Below are positions 27,642 through 44,293 of a stretch of DNA of 64,000 nucleotides, one piece after another; position 1 is the stretch's first letter, and each line of letters begins with the position of its first letter. The stretch spans positions 60,016,001-60,080,000 of the forward strand of contig OX597825.1 in NCBI GenBank assembly GCA_951406725.2, in the 5' to 3' direction. The position numbers and the translations under genes are program-made. The notes below the pieces were generated by a model. That model saw only the letters and a list, made by a program, of their open reading frames with translations, was not told the origin of the DNA and did not search any database. The stretch is from Octopus vulgaris (taxonomy: Eukaryota).

Positions 27642-28790
27642 GTCACTTATTCGCCACAAATCTCCAATAGAACTCCAGTGTAGGACTTCCACAAACCGCA
27701 TGCCCGACTGACCAAGTGATGTGGGACCTTGCCAACACTTCAGATGCTAAGCGCCTTTCCTCAGTCTACGCTTAATCTAGGCTTGTAGCTCCGTCAGTGA
27801 GACGAGCTGCGGAAAATTCTGACTGACAGATGGTGACGACACATACTCACCGTCAAGGAAACGCTGAAGATGCATCCTCAGCTCATATCTGTCCATCATT
27901 AGCCACAGCGTGCTCAGTCCTCCACTTAGCGGATGCTGAAAGCAGATCGATCGTCTGACGAACTGAATATGTAAATTCCACAGGAAGTGGAATAGAAAGA
28001 GCTCCTGTTTGACCAATTACGAAGCAGAGTAAGTGAGGACGGTCAGGCAATAATAGATGACGGAAGCAATGTACGAATTCGTCACCACCTCCGACTCTTC
28101 AGTGACAGCTACCTCTCAGGTCATTTCCGGCCACCCATCGCCTCACATCCTCCCAGTTCTCGTCCATCTGGAGGCCCAGATCAAGAGTGACCCGTATCCT
28201 AGTTCACGTAGGATGGTCCTCGAAGCATTCACTTTTTGTAATAAAAGTTCGAGACCCAGCACATACAGAAGTAGCGTGAGTGGGTATCTTTGATGAATTG
28301 AGAGAGAAATGCTAAGTGATGCCGGTAAGTGGTCATTTACGTTGGCCACCGAACATATGTCGCTGTACATTGCAGCTGTTCAGCCTCTAGAAAGGCGACC
28401 GAAACCAGCCGTCGCAAGGACCGCCTGCACGTATTGGTGATCGACCCTATTAAATGGTTTTGGTTGATCCAAATTGATCAGTGCCCCTCCTATGCCAGAT
28501 TCCTTGCTTACTCTTTCTATGATGTAACGCAAGCGGTGGCGGTTGTCATGGTCGCATCTAGTTGGGATAGCGCATATCTGCAGGTCACCAACTACTTTAC
28601 CTACGACACGACCCAACTTCTGTCGTTAACGGCTTGACTAAAAGCTTGTAATCTGTCTTTAACTGAGTTACAAGCTTAAATTATCGATTTAGTTTCCTTG
28701 TTCGGATCCTTTCTCAGCAACATCACGACGGGTCACTACACTGGGAATTCTTCCATTATGTTGCCAGTTGCCTTATGCAAGTACATCCAG
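27642..28790 (-). mobile_element. Tx1/L1-clade LINE RT fragment, decayed
   Basis: QICAIPTR..HDNRHRLRYII...GALINLDQPKPFNRVDHQY and YPLTLLLYVLGLELL (RT domains 3-5 like). Confidence 0.8.
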
Positions 28791-29597
28791 ACCTAGGTGA
28801 ATATGCAAATTTTATTGCATACAGTTGTCGAAAACGATCTTCAGTCGTAGTTAAAACTGACTCATTAAGTCATATATCGTAGATCTCTAATGCGGATAGT
28901 TTACAGGGATTTAGACAGTTAAATTTTGTCAAATATTTTAGTTGATCCCTTACAGCATCATTGAAACTAGTGACCCCTCATATGGTAATCCGACGCAATA
29001 TAAACCCGATCATTCTATTGATAAGGTATCGATCTAATTATCTACAAGTCTATAAAGATATTGCATTCTAAGCTAACCAATAAATACTTGGTTTTTCCAA
29101 AATTTCAAAATAACAAAATTCATGATTCTTGCTATAAAAGGTCACAGAATTCTGGTTGATGACGCATTTCTAATATAATTTGTTATTAACCTCTAGCACT
29201 TCTTTAGGTCAAAGTATGTTTCGGCAAGTATTTCACCCAAGGATAAATGTAAATAACCATGCTGCATACAAGCTCGTAATTCATCAACTATGCTCAGCCA
29301 GCCATATCAACTCTGGGCACCACAATCGTAATATTAATAAAATCATTCTCGAATTTTTATGAAATTCAATTATTAAATCTATCTAATTGGATTATTATGA
29401 AAATTTATTTCATTAAATTCGAAACTAAAACTGAATTTTTGATTTATTTGGTTCAACTAAAATTAAATTTCCTGTGAAAATAGTTTTATATTATTTGAAT
29501 TGTAATTTCAATTGATTATCAAGTTATTTCGGCGTTTGCAGACCAAGAAATGCATCGAATATTTGGATACTTAGGTACATATACACACACACGCATG

Positions 29598-29668
<71 letters not shown>

Positions 29669-29675
29669 ACGCATG

Positions 29676-29715
<40 letters not shown>

Positions 29716-30004
29716 TACACACACGCACACACACGCACAAACACAAACACACCCACACACACATATACATATAAATATAAATAAATGACTGTATATACAC
29801 ACACACACCGCAGAAACGTGTATATATGTATCTGTATACTCGGCAGCTATTGACTAAAAATTATTACAAGTAAAGCAAAAGTCAATAGATATAACAAAAA
29901 TCATACAGCGGTACACACACAAACACACACGCACACACATATAAATTAGTAGATAGGCTCATACAGCACACATGTATAAATACATACACAGATACATACA
30001 TACA

Positions 30005-30115
<111 letters not shown>

Positions 30116-30238
30116 GCATACGTACGAATATCTGTATATGTATATGTGAGTGTGTGTACGCGTGTTTAAATTTCCAACCGCGAGAAAACTTTTATGGCGT
30201 CTGGCGTGAAACCACAGCATTTGAAAGTATTTATGTAT

Positions 30239-30272
<34 letters not shown>

Positions 30273-30469
30273 TGTATGTATGTATGTATGTATGTATACA
30301 TGAATGTATGCATGTGTTTATTTATGCATGTGTATGTATGTGTGTATGTATGTCTCTATATATGTATCTATATACATACATATATACATGTAAATATACA
30401 TGCTCAAATATAGACACACATTCACGTACATGTATATAATTTTGTATGTGTGTGGGTATAAATATGCAT

Positions 30470-30508
<39 letters not shown>

Positions 30509-30645
30509 ACAATATAAGGAGTGGCCATATAGGACATATATATATATATGTGCGCACGTTGTGTGTATACACATGTTAGTATAAATAATACATATATATA
30601 TATATATACACACGTGAATATATACAGGTTAGTATATATATATAA

Positions 30646-30688
<43 letters not shown>

Positions 30689-31719
30689 CAGCTGCATGTG
30701 TCTATGAACTTGTGCGTGTGTGCGTGTGTGTGTGTGTATGTATTTGTTAGAAAAACACAACAAACACTGAATTCACAATTAATATGTAGAGTCAGGTAGT
30801 ATTTGTGTATGGTAAATAAAGATTTAAATATCTAGACTTGATACAATTTCTCTTGCTGTGAGCTGAACTGTGATAATTGCTTTAAACGAAGGAAAAAAAT
30901 ACGTGTTATAAATTCCATACAAGAACTGTAAAAATACCACTAAAAGCGATGTAAGTAGGTATTTTCACTTTTTAACTGATAAACAATTCCTAAAACGCTA
31001 TAAATTAAAAGAAATCGTCAACTGATACAACATAAAAGCTATCTTCAGGTGCACACCAACTGGAGGTATGAATTCAGCACAAGCTATCAAAGTAGTGCCT
31101 ACGTGATCACATGTACTACTAGAAGTAGCAGTGAAATTTTTCTAAGAATGTCTTAAATCTAGAGAATAATCATTGGATAGTGTCTTTGTTGATTTCTCTT
31201 TTCTTGAAAACATGCGTGTTCATGAATAAGAAGCTTTTTCAACTAATCTACTGGATGCCAGTTAATGTAATGCTAAACAACATCAACAAAATTAACAAAA
31301 TTATACGAAGATATAATTTATAATTATCTATGGCAACTGATTCAAAAGAACAAATTCATTACTTCTCAAATGTATAATTATTATAATAAAGCGTCCGTGT
31401 GCATATGCAGAAACACTAGCTCCCAGAAGCTTTCTCATAAGAGAAACTATCTTTATATAAAATGTTTGTACAAATACACTGAGGCGAGCTATGAAGGTTA
31501 ACATTGGACTGTATGTCATGTTGTTCAGCGTTGTCACACTTCATCAGATACATATTCCGAATCCATAGCACATAGCCTTTTAAGAACTACCGTTCTTATA
31601 TTTAAACATCAATTAAATATTTGCCGGCATGTGTCATAGTTGGTTATTAATTACCAGCACAGTGGGCAGCAAAGATGAAGCTAAATTTAAATTTTACGGC
31701 GGTAACTGCCTCAGAAGAG

Positions 31720-32959
31720 AAGGTCGTCAAGTATGACATTTGTAGAAAGAATAAACTTGCTAATATTTTATAAATACAAGGAAGTGTTTTATTCATCAAA
31801 GTATACACCCATATTTTATGCACCCATATTGCCATTTCAGCGGTAGCTTGTGCAGCCCGGAACTGTAAAACCCTAGCAATCTAGAGTTAACAAAACCTTG
31901 GAAGGCCCGTTTTACAGCATCGTCGAAATGAAACCTTTTCTCCTATCAAAAAGTTTTCCAAATTCTGGAAGAAGGAGTAGTTAGTGGGAGCAAGATCAGA
32001 TGAATATGGTGGATGATGGACAACTTCCAGCTCCAACTCCTGTAGTTTCGCCAATGTCATTTTTGCCATGTGTGATCTGGCGTTGTCTTGCAATAAAATA
32101 GGAGTCGATCTGTTGACTAATCTAGGCTGTTTTTTGTAAGTTTCTGCATCATTTGGTCCAGTTGGCTGCAGTATAATTCCGCCTTGGTTGATGAGACAGT
32201 TTTAATGAAATCATAATAGATCACATCTGTACCAGACCACCAAACACACACTATCAGCTTCTTTTGATGAACTTTGCATTTTAGACTGCGTTTTGGTGGC
32301 TAGTCTTTGTCCACTCATTGTGCTGAACGTTTTCGGTTTTTGTATTGGATCCATTTCTCATTACATTTTTGTGACGAGAAAGTAGCATAATGCAGGCTTC
32401 CAAACGTTGCTGTCTCTGATTTTCATTGAGTTCATGTGGAACCCAATTATTCAAATTTTTCACTTTACCAATTTGAACTAGGTGGGTCAATATTGTTTGC
32501 TTTCTAACACCAAACAACTATAATTCACGGGCACTTTGAGATGGCTTTCATTTCGTTATTATCCGCCTTTGTTTCTGGTTGCTCATTTGTGTTGCTCATT
32601 TGGGAAGTCAAAGATAGCAGAACGAAATTTTGCAATCCAATTTGATACTGTCCGTTGTGTAATAACATTAGGATGCTACATCAATATTCCGAGCTGTCTG
32701 TGGTGCTGTATTTCCAAGAAAGAACTCATATTTCAAAGCTGTACGAATTTCCGACTTATCCATCTCTAAACATAAATAGCAAAAAAAAAAAAAACAATTT
32801 ATAAATACTTTATGAAGCGCAAAATGAGTTATAATAAAGAAATAGATGTGTCAACTTTCTAACAAAAATAAAGATTGTCAAAATATAATAATGGCGCAAA
32901 ATGAGCAGCTGTCAAAGTTTAACATATAGCTTACTACAAATTTCATACTTGACGCCTAA
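31720..32959 (-). mobile_element. Near full-length decayed mariner transposon
   Basis: TIRs 31721-31745 / 32934-32959 (CGTCAAGTATGA.ATTTGTAG); MDKSEIR start at 32763, WVPHEL, QDNARSH, HPPYSSDLAPTNY. Confidence 0.92.
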
Positions 32960-33391
32960 CATAGAGAATGTGGTTGATTGCACATTTAAGTGTATTTTGT
33001 TACCTCTTAGAGCTATAGAGACCTGTTTCGATGCTGTTACGCTTCCTCTGTTGCCATTTAAGAGGAGGATGGTTCCAAAAAGCAGATTATTCTGTGCCAG
33101 TATTTAAAGTAGCAAAAACATATATAAAATATAGACAGCAATTCAACTGGTTGTTAATTCCGAAATATTTATTTCTCACAAGACAGTGTTATGCTTTTAA
33201 AATATATTCGGAATAAGGAAATATAAAGTAAATATAAAATATTCAAATTTAAGCAGAACAAGCTCATTTATATATACAAACGCTAAAATAGTGCTGAAGA
33301 TAAAAACTATCGTATGCATGTATAATACAAACAAATCTATAACGTATTCAAAGTTATGTATGTATATATGTATGTATGAATAAATAAATAA

Positions 33392-33423
<32 letters not shown>

Positions 33424-33704
33424 GTATATAAATGAGATCAATGTTTATATAACTTCAGTTGTTCAATATTGACCTTATTTCATGTTATGAAAATGATGCG
33501 GTGGGTTGAATTATTTTTGTGAGAGTAAAGTATATAAGAGAACAGATAAGAAAAAATTGAAAGCAGTTATATATTAATTTATCTTTGTACAATTTTAGTT
33601 AACATAATACATATATGTATATGTGTGCATAGCTAGAAATAGATAGTACGTATACACACATACATATATAACATACATAGATACATAGATACATAGATAT
33701 ATAG

Positions 33705-33781
<77 letters not shown>

Positions 33782-34809
33782 ACATCCACCGGCATGCGCA
33801 CCATCGCACACGCTTTCACATAAGCAAGTACACACACACTATGTATATGTATGTATCGCTATATATATATGTATAATCAAACACACACACTCTCCAACAC
33901 ACTCACATAGGTATATATATGTAACGACAGTTTGTAGAAAGCAGAGTGATATCCGCTTGTCAGCTTACGATATAAATATATACTTGCAGTTCTTGTTTGT
34001 CTATTTACATAAAAAATTTAATGACATTATTATGGGTTGTTCTTTAAGGCCAAAAAGTAGAGAATACTTGTGGATTCATTGCTTGTGGTAATTACTTATA
34101 GTATTGTTACAAGGCTTAGATAACACTTAGATATTGGTGTCTAGATTTGGAAAGGTCTTTAGCATATACCTGTATATTTAATCATATAGTATAGTATACC
34201 ATAATATATCACATTATATTATATATAGACGAGAAATTAAAACGAAAAACTAAATCCTACAAAAGCATGACAGATAGTCAAAAATATATTTAAGTAGGCC
34301 CTGCTTTGTTATTTCATTTATATCGTACAGATTGGCTTCCAGCTAAACATACAATATACACATTAACACAAAACTCATTTATGGTGTTTGATTAAATGTA
34401 CCTAGAAAACAGATTGACTTATAAGCAGTACCAACTTATTTTTTTTTTATATTGCTACTTAATTTTCTTAATCTATGACTGTTGTACTAATGTTTAATAT
34501 TTGTACATGCAAACGTGGAATTACACAGATTTTGGGACTTGACTATTCAAGTGTAAATGAATATAAATTTTCATAGGATATTGAACTTTGAACTCTTTTT
34601 TTATTTTTCAACCTACTTCCTAAAATTGACCATCTTGAAAGGTTACGAGCCCTTGTGAGAAAATGTATTTATTGACAAATATGCTGAGAGGTACACAATG
34701 CGAAGTAAAAATAAAGAAAAAGAAAAACAGGTAAATACTTTTTTAATGAAACTTCAATGGATTGACTACGTGGAATTGAAAAGAAACACCCCTCTCTCTC
34801 TCACTGTGG

Positions 34810-35230
<421 letters not shown>

Positions 35231-35621
35231 TATCTGCCTATCTGTTTGTCTCTCTAACCTTTCCCTATCCTTTATCATTCTTTCCATATTTCTTGATTGT
35301 CCTGAAACCTCTCTCTTTCTCTTTATTTACTCCCCTCCCCTCTTTGCTTTTCTTTTTCCTTTTTCTTTTTTTTTCCAAAATAACAAAAATAGTTCTTCTC
35401 CTCTTCCAAACGAAACGAGAAACACATCTGATTCATATAAATGAAAAACGAAACGTTCTGTTTTTACCATTTTGATTTTGCCTTAACAAGTTCGATAACC
35501 GAACGAAAGCACTAATAATAAATTCTCCAAAAATTCTCCTTTTTCTCAATATACAATATATGTTCAAACACACACATACACACACATATATACACACTCC
35601 TTCCTCTCTTTCTGTATAAAC

Positions 35622-35656
<35 letters not shown>

Positions 35657-37183
35657 TACAGACGTACATACATACATAGACATATATATATTATATAATA
35701 TATATGTGGGTGTGTATGTAAGTATGTAACGTGTAAGTGCTGGTGTGTTTGTATATATAATTACGTATATACACCTGAAGTCGTATGAAAATGTATTCTT
35801 CAACATTTAGCAGTACTATATGTGAATATCAATTCCTTTGTGCCGACTTGTTTGCGTTTACAAAGTGTATGGATGTGTATGTATATACATTTGTATACGT
35901 AAACTATATATTAATGAACAAATGTGTACCTGCATTTGTGTGCATTCGTACGTGCATGTGTGTAGATGTGTGCTTATATATGTGTTTCTGGATGACTATT
36001 TCAGTTTCTGAATGTATTATGAATTTCTACGTAACGATGTGTGATTGTCCGTTGTTTTCTGTTTATAGTGACTGTGTCTATATTTGTATCTGTAAATATT
36101 ACATATATGCGTATCTTTCTGCATGAATATATGAGTGTACATTTCTGTATTCATGTAAGCGTATATGTATGTGGGAGTTTATGATTTAGTTCCCAACCTG
36201 CGTTTGTGTGTGTATGCGTTTGCATCTTTGTGAGTGCGTGTGAGTGTGTGTGTGTGTGAAAGCGAGCGCGTGTGTGGTTTCTCCCTTCACAGTGATGTAA
36301 ACTTTTGAATTCAATATTTCGGATAAAAACATATCTAAACAACAGGGAAATAAGCAGAGAAAATACAAAAAGAAATCTGAAACCCAAATATATCAGAAAA
36401 AACATCTCACAAATTGTAAATCTAATATACATATACATAGAAAATATAAACAAACATAATACCAGTAACAACATCCACATCCCTTCCAAAGGAAATTACG
36501 AACAAAGACAAAATAAAGGACAAGGAGAGAGAAAGGGAGCGAGAGAGAAAGGGAAAGCAATGCACGATGGAAAGTCAGAGACAGGGGAGATAATGAAAGA
36601 GAGAGCGCTAAAGAGAGAGTGAGAGACAGAGGTAGTGAGAGGCAAACTCAGAGACAGGGTAAAGAATAAAAGAGCATGAGAAATAGAGTGAGGCACCAAG
36701 AGAGAGGGAGAGGAAGAGAGAAAAAAGAAATAAAGTAAGTGCTTATTTGAAAGTAAACACTTTAAAGTACACGAGGTAAAAATCCTGACATCTGTTTCAT
36801 AAATATTTAAATTTACCAATGGGAATTTTTCGAGAAATATTTTTTTGTTTTATCTTTCGCTTTTTGCCTCTCTCATAATTTTCACCTCATATTTTCTTTA
36901 ACATAGTGATGGCTGAATGTGTCTGTTAAGCTTAAAATGCTCAGTTGGTATGTACAAGGAAAACCATAAATGCTACAAAAATATTACATTGATTGCAGCA
37001 ATACACAGTAGTTCTTGGTCGGGCATCAAAGTAAGAGGCTACCTCTTGGAAGCATTTCATATCGCATGCTCGTTCGATCTGTGTAGGTAGTCATGTCTCC
37101 TCTCTTCTATACGTACTGGTGTTCGAGCCTTTGCTATGGAAGCTAGAACTCTTGTGGTGCATCTCTTTAAAGGACTAGAAATA

Positions 37184-37630
37184 TTGCTTTCAAAGTTTGG
37201 AGCAAGGCCGGCAATTTCAGAAAAAGGCGTAAATCGATTACATCGAAACAGAGCTCAAACCGTACTTATTTTATCGATCCTGAAGGAATGAAAGGCAAAG
37301 TCGACCTCGGCGGAATTTGAATTCAGAGGGTAAGTAGAGATGATATACAAATAAGCATTTTGCCTGGTGTGCTAACGATTCAGGCAGCTAACAGCCTTAG
37401 AAGAACTGTAAGTATAGGTTTCAAATTTTAGCACAGGGTCAGTTATTGTGGAAAAGCATGGAGGTCGAGTACATCAACTCCAGTGCTTTCAGCGGATACT
37501 TAATTTATTGACTCGAAAACGATGAATGGCAAATTCGACTTCGGTGGAATATGAAGTTGGAACATAAGTGTTGACAAAATACTATAAGCACTTTCCTTGC
37601 GTGTTAAGGGTTTTGCAGGTCGCCGACTTA
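37184..37630 (-). mobile_element. Two tandem SINE family C copies
   Basis: GAAAGGCAAAGTCGACCTCGGCGGAATTTGA and a diverged repeat. Confidence 0.75.
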
Positions 37631-37925
37631 AGGACTAGAAATATTAATATTAATTGAGTAACTTAAGCAACTTGTAAGTGATTGATATGTAAATACTGAA
37701 TACCGAATGGAAAACTGAAACTATAGCATAGCTGTGTATTCAAAATATGTATGCAGTAAAAACTGTACCTCATGAACACAAACTTATATCGATGTATACT
37801 TATGCATGTAATTTTTATGTATTTTTCTATGTATATATTTATGTATGTATGCATATATTTAAGTATGTATGTGTATAAGTATGTATGCGTGTATCTATGT
37901 ATGTGAGTAAATATTTATGTATGCA

Positions 37926-37956
<31 letters not shown>

Positions 37957-39978
37957 GTATTTATACACTTAGATGTGTGCTTATGTGAGGCTTCTTAAAT
38001 TTAAAAGCAAGAGTGTACTGGTGATTAAACGTTAATTATTTCCGTTTATTTAATCACTTGCGTTTCAAGCTATATGTGAATAAAAAGAGAATTTTGATGT
38101 ATTCTTTTAAATGATATTAGTTTACACAAGAAAATTTTAATTAGCATAATGAAAATATTGACTCTATTAATAAAGCCCTCGAAAATGAACGTTACTTAAT
38201 TTAGGAACATTCTGAAAAAAAAATATTTAAATTTGATATTCGATATAATACACTATCTAATTAAACAAACTATTAATAATGATTTGATTAAATCTTTCGA
38301 AGATCTACTGTGATGAATAAACAAAAAAGCTTACCGTCAGAAGTGCGAACAAGAACTGTCCAACTTCATAAGTAAATTGAGATGTACTGCCACTATTACT
38401 GTTCAAGTTGGATATTCACTATGATGAGGGTATCTTAAATGAAACTGTTTTCTATTAAGGACGTTCTCCATCAGAGCAGACTAAAAAAACAATACGGAAA
38501 ACAGGGACAGATAGGTACATCGTTTTGTTTTCATTTTGTGGAGAATTTGACGCGTGCCGTCGTTATTTTGAAAGACGTTCAAAAGTAATACCACACACAG
38601 GATCCTCTTAAGCATCATCATAACTGATTGATGTAGTTGGATCTACTGGAAGGAGTTGCGCGAAAAAAAAGAAAAAGAAAAAGAATCAAAAATAAAATAC
38701 TTTTCTTTGAAGAAAGACAAGCGGGTGCACACACATTCAATTTTTGCTATTTTAGTGGTCACAGATACGTGTTGTGGTAAGATGTATCGAAATTTAATTT
38801 CTCTGCCTCAAATGAACGAGTGTACGTTTCACGTCCTTTGACTTTGCACAAGAGGATATTATTACCCAGAGAAAATGATTCTGCTAGCTAAATCATGTGG
38901 TGACAGTGTCTGTGGTTATGTTACACGATAAGAAAATAGGTGTAGGCCCACAATTTAGAACAATGAGATAATGACAAATTAAAGCCTTTCCGGAGATGTG
39001 AGACTAGGAAATAGCTTCATATACCAAGAATGATTTCTGCTGGTAAGGATTTTTCTAACAAGTCATCGACCAACAGGATACATCTTGGAGTTTATATAAG
39101 GAAAGTTTCCACCATTATCCGCGAATATCTATCCGTCAACAAAGAACCTTATGGAAACAGGATGGCAGTAGTAATGCAGTTAAGGATATTCAAGTAATTG
39201 AGTAAATCTCATGATTAGAAAGACAATACGTTGGAAGACATTTTTCACAATCTGATTATCATACAGATTCAATACCTTGTCGGTGTAATTCAACTGGAAG
39301 AATTTCGGCAACTGATTAATAATTGATACTATCTGTAGCCATTCTCCTCATCTCCAATACTTTTAGGGAAAAATAAATTAAATGATATCTATATATTTAA
39401 TGTTATTGGTAATCTTAATAAGAATAAGCATCAATTTTAAAGTTTCCATGATTTAAAACAATGAAAAACCATTTTTTCGTTGATAATTTGTATCATATAT
39501 AACTAAGTAACGCTTAAATTTCGGTATAATTTTGTATTTATATCAAGTTACATAACTGAATATATATGGAGACAGGAGTATTGATACATGTTTTTAATCG
39601 GTATATTAATTCTGTAATATAGTTTCGTTAACTGTCTGCCTATCATTGTTGAATAACTGCGTGTGTGTTGCGTGTACATGAGAGAGAGAGGAGATTATAA
39701 GTTTTTTGATCTCTGTTTTTATATAACAACAGGAAACTCATCTACTAAAGTAACAGTAAAGCTGTCCAACTTACCACAGAAAAGAAAGAAAACTGCACGT
39801 ATCAGTCACTCTATATGTCTCTTTTTATATCTACATAGAAGTAGAAATTACACACATACACATAAACACACACCACACACACACACGCACACAAATACAT
39901 ATATATAAGTACACATATATTTATATCTAAGTGTACACGTTTATATATGTAACTTGTGTTTGTGTGTGGGGGCGAGAG

Positions 39979-40023
<45 letters not shown>

Positions 40024-40186
40024 TGGGATAGAGAGAAAAAGTACCTGTGCCATTACACACAAACATGTGCATATGTACCTATAATTTTCTTTTTTGTGAA
40101 GGCAATATTCTTTATTTCCTATCTGTTTTCTTCTTAATATATATTTCATATTATTTTTTAACGGCTCACCTTCCACTGTCCTCAAA

Positions 40187-40248
<62 letters not shown>

Positions 40249-40929
40249 GTATATATATATATGTATGTATGTGTTTATGTATATATGCATATTTATACAT
40301 ACATAATATATATATATGTATATATATATATATATCTGTATGTATGTGTTTATGTATATATGCATATTTATACATACATAATATATATATATCTATATAT
40401 TTATATTTGCCTGTGTGTATGTGCGTGTGTGTATGTGTGTGTGTGAGTATAAGCGTTGTGTTTGTCCGTATAGCGTACTTTCCCCTTTAAAAATATATAC
40501 ATTTTGCACTACAGGGAATATTGTTTGTTTTTAAAATTTAAAACACAAACAGAGAAACGTTGCATTTTTTCTTATAAGGTATTCTATTTTATTTTGGGAA
40601 TATTAACTTTATCAAACTAAGGGGATTACATTTCGCTGATTCAGTTACCAAATCTTGCATTCTGATCCATTTCCATAAACAGACTCCTAAGCCCATTGTG
40701 TTTTCTTTTCTCTCTTTTACTCCTATTTTATGTGTGTGAGTGGGTGATACATAAATACATACATAAGTACATACACACACTGACATATATATATAAATAT
40801 ATACATACATACATATATGCCACTGTGTTCATATATATAGTCATATAAACGCATACAAACACACACATATATAATATCCTTATATTTACAAATATATGAA
40901 CGTATATATATGTGTATATATATGTGTAA

Positions 40930-40970
<41 letters not shown>

Positions 40971-40989
40971 TATAAATATATATATGTAC

Positions 40990-41032
<43 letters not shown>

Positions 41033-41035
41033 TTT

Positions 41036-41092
<57 letters not shown>

Positions 41093-41460
41093 TCAATGTA
41101 TATGTGTAAAAATTTATGCATTATCTTTGTAATTCCTTAATATGATTATTTGCTTAAAAAGTATATCAAAGAATATTAGCCACACGTTCTCGCTCTCGCG
41201 CATCCACTCACACACATCTTTCTCCAATGCTTCTCCCTCTCCCCCACCTCTCACTCTCTCGCGTGCGTATGTTCTTTCTCTCTCTCCGCAGTGCTATTGT
41301 ACTTGTTTTATGGCGAGTTTTAGATGTGGTCGAGTGTGGAACACTTAGACGGCAAATATTGCAGCACTGTGCGTAAAATAAAGTTCTGGATATTGGAGAC
41401 ATTTTGTTTGGAGAAGTGTAGTAACCAAGAGTAGAGCTCTGTAATATATATATATGTGTG

Positions 41461-41631
41461 TTCTTTTATTATTTTAGTTGTTTCAGTCATTTGGCTGCGG
41501 CCATGATGGAACACCGCCTTTAGTCGAGCAAATCGGCTTGAGGACATTGGTCGGCCTGAGGCCAAGATGCCACGCTGTGAGACTGAACTCGGAGCCATAA
41601 GGTAGCTACTTACCACACAGTCACTCCTGCA

Positions 41632-41633
<2 letters not shown>
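41461..41633 (-). mobile_element. Internally deleted SINE family A
   Basis: Head and tail of family A joined, middle missing. Confidence 0.75.
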
Positions 41634-41686
<53 letters not shown>

Positions 41687-41710
41687 TGTATGTATGTATA
41701 TATATATATG

Positions 41711-41761
<51 letters not shown>

Positions 41762-42097
41762 GTACATATATATGTATATATATATTCGTATATATGTATA
41801 TATATGCATAGATATGTATATGTACACACGCACACACACACACATATATAGAGAGACCAAAGTCCCCGTGGCAAGCTTGATAACTGCAGAGAACACGACA
41901 TGAATGCAATGGTTTACCCTCAAATAAATAATATTTGCTCACCATTGCGATGTCCTGTACTCCCTTCCATTGCTTGGTATTAGTGTAATGCCATTGAATC
42001 TGTTGTTTTTAAAGATATAATCCGGCTTGTCTGGCAGGATTTATATCTACACATATTGCTGCTCTGCATATATTTACTACTCTAATTTATTATTTAA

Positions 42098-42456
42098 TTA
42101 CGGATATGTACTTGCATAGCGAGTGACTTGATCTGAGATCGTGTGCTGGAACGAAAACAATTGCAGCATGGAAGGTGTTTATAAGCCATTTAAGAAACAC
42201 ACAAAAACCGTTAGATTCACTTCAACATTTAAATTTAATTTGTCAAAATATTTTCGTCGTTTTGAGACCGCGACCTCTTCCCTGACAAAACTTCGTACTG
42301 CATCTCAAAGCAACGAAAATATTTTGTCAGGGAACAGGTCGCGGTCTCAAAGCGACGGAAATATTTTGACAACTTAAATTTAAATGTTGAAGTGAATCTA
42401 CCGTTTTTTTTGTGTTTCGTAAATGGCTTATAAACACCTTCCACGCTGCAATTGTT
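42098..42456. repeat. Palindromic pLTR-like element with two variant HHR motifs (42239-42289 -, 42323-42371 +)
   Basis: Arms 42156-42290 / 42321-42456; cores GGGAAGA and GGGAACA in the same scaffold as 20712-20761. Confidence 0.8.
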
Positions 42457-44293
42457 ATTATTTCATTTTTAATCGAAACTTAAAATTATGATAGTCTTCT
42501 AGCTTTAGTAATTGACGCTCTATTATTTTTTGAGAGAGTATGAAGTTTGCCTTCATCACGACGAGCCTGTTTGAAGAATCTAAATGTATTTTACTAAACT
42601 GTGGCTAATGGGAAAGGATAGAAAATATCTCACTTAGAAGCACAATCATGGACTCCTCCATGGGTATGCAATATCTCTGTTGATTGGTTTCATTAATGAA
42701 CGAAAGGAAAAATGATTTAAGCTGTGTTGCCTTTATGCCGCAGTGGAAGCTGTAAAAGAACCATTATATTAAATTTTCTGTCGTGAACGCAAAAGGCCTC
42801 AGTTACTACAAATACGTGAACGAACATGGGAATAGCCTAATGTGTAATCGGCAAAGTGATTTATACATTTCTAATGTACATTCATATTTAATATGAAATA
42901 AATAATACCTAAAAGGCAATTCAGCACTTACTGTGTATCATAAAAATGATATTGTGTTTCAGGCTATGTATTGCGATTTCTTACATATGGTATCTTCGAT
43001 TATATCAAAATCTAGATCCAATCCAGCAAAATTGATGTGGTAATAAGATTCAGCATCCCAAACTTACCTTAAAAATCACTCCAACAATTTGGGGTACGGC
43101 AACTGTATGGCGTAGTGTAATTCATTTGATGAGTCAGGGGAAGTACCATCTTACTGTGGGGGCAAATAGCAGAGTATTTCGCATACTTTTGTATTCTCAA
43201 CCTAGTTCTCAAGCAGAATCGCTGTTGCAACAAAACCGATATAATCACAGTGGTGTAAATTTTTGAAGCCACTGTTTATGAAATCGAAGCAGGTTTTACT
43301 CGTGTGTGTGTGTGATTTCTCGCTTTACATTCCGTGTACGTTTTGGCGTGGAATTAGGGAGGAATGCTGGTGGGTTTTGTTTTTGTTCGAGTGTGTGGTG
43401 TGCTTGAGAAGACAATCAATATAGGAATCGCTGAGTTTGTCTTTATGTTTACACACTCACGCACACAGGCATATGCACGCACACACACGCACATACATAC
43501 ATATACAAACATACTCTCACATACACACTCAAACACATACACGTTTCATAAAAATCATGACTGTGTTCAAGTTTCACCTTTCCTGTTTTTCGGTATATTT
43601 TTATTAGTAATTTTTTACAGCGATTTAGAATAATATATTTCCTAAATTTCTCATTCGAGGTTCCCAAACCATTACGGTCTCATGTTCAAGAGTCGAATAG
43701 TATTTGTTTTAGCATTGTTACTCAAATAGTGTTTCAATTCATGCAGACTTTTCCGGCAAATGTTTTTGCCCATTAAGCTTGTATGCCAACAGTCATATCT
43801 TGTTTTACTTTCCTTTATTTGTTGTTGAGGTCAAATATTTGACCGTTATGTTTTCATGCCTGTAACCACGTATTAATTGGTTGACGTGTGTGTATGTGTG
43901 TTGCTAGCAGCGTGTTTATTTTGGCATTGTGTTGCGACACAATTATCGCTTCTACGATTAATCTTCTAATTTTGTGAGGAATGTTAGAAAATGTTAAAAA
44001 CAAATATTACCCTGAAGTATTTTTCTTTCTAACAATATTCTGAGGTGTGTCGAATAGTGTTTGCCATTGTTCCTTGCAGTAACTGAATGGAAAACCTATA
44101 AGAGAAGCAGCGGTAGCGATTGAGAAAGAATCCCCCATAACACCGGTATTGAATCCTCTCGAAATTGTATCACATGACAAATAGGTTTCTGAAGACAACG
44201 TATCAGACTTATTAATAGCAGATATTGACAGAAAAAGTCTTTTCGACAATGTGGCCACTTTCGGAAAGGATAAACACTCAAATATATACAGAT

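Noticed and set aside
44060-44280. Putative exon after TTCCTTGCAG acceptor
   Set aside because: In-frame stops and no recognisable protein or donor site.
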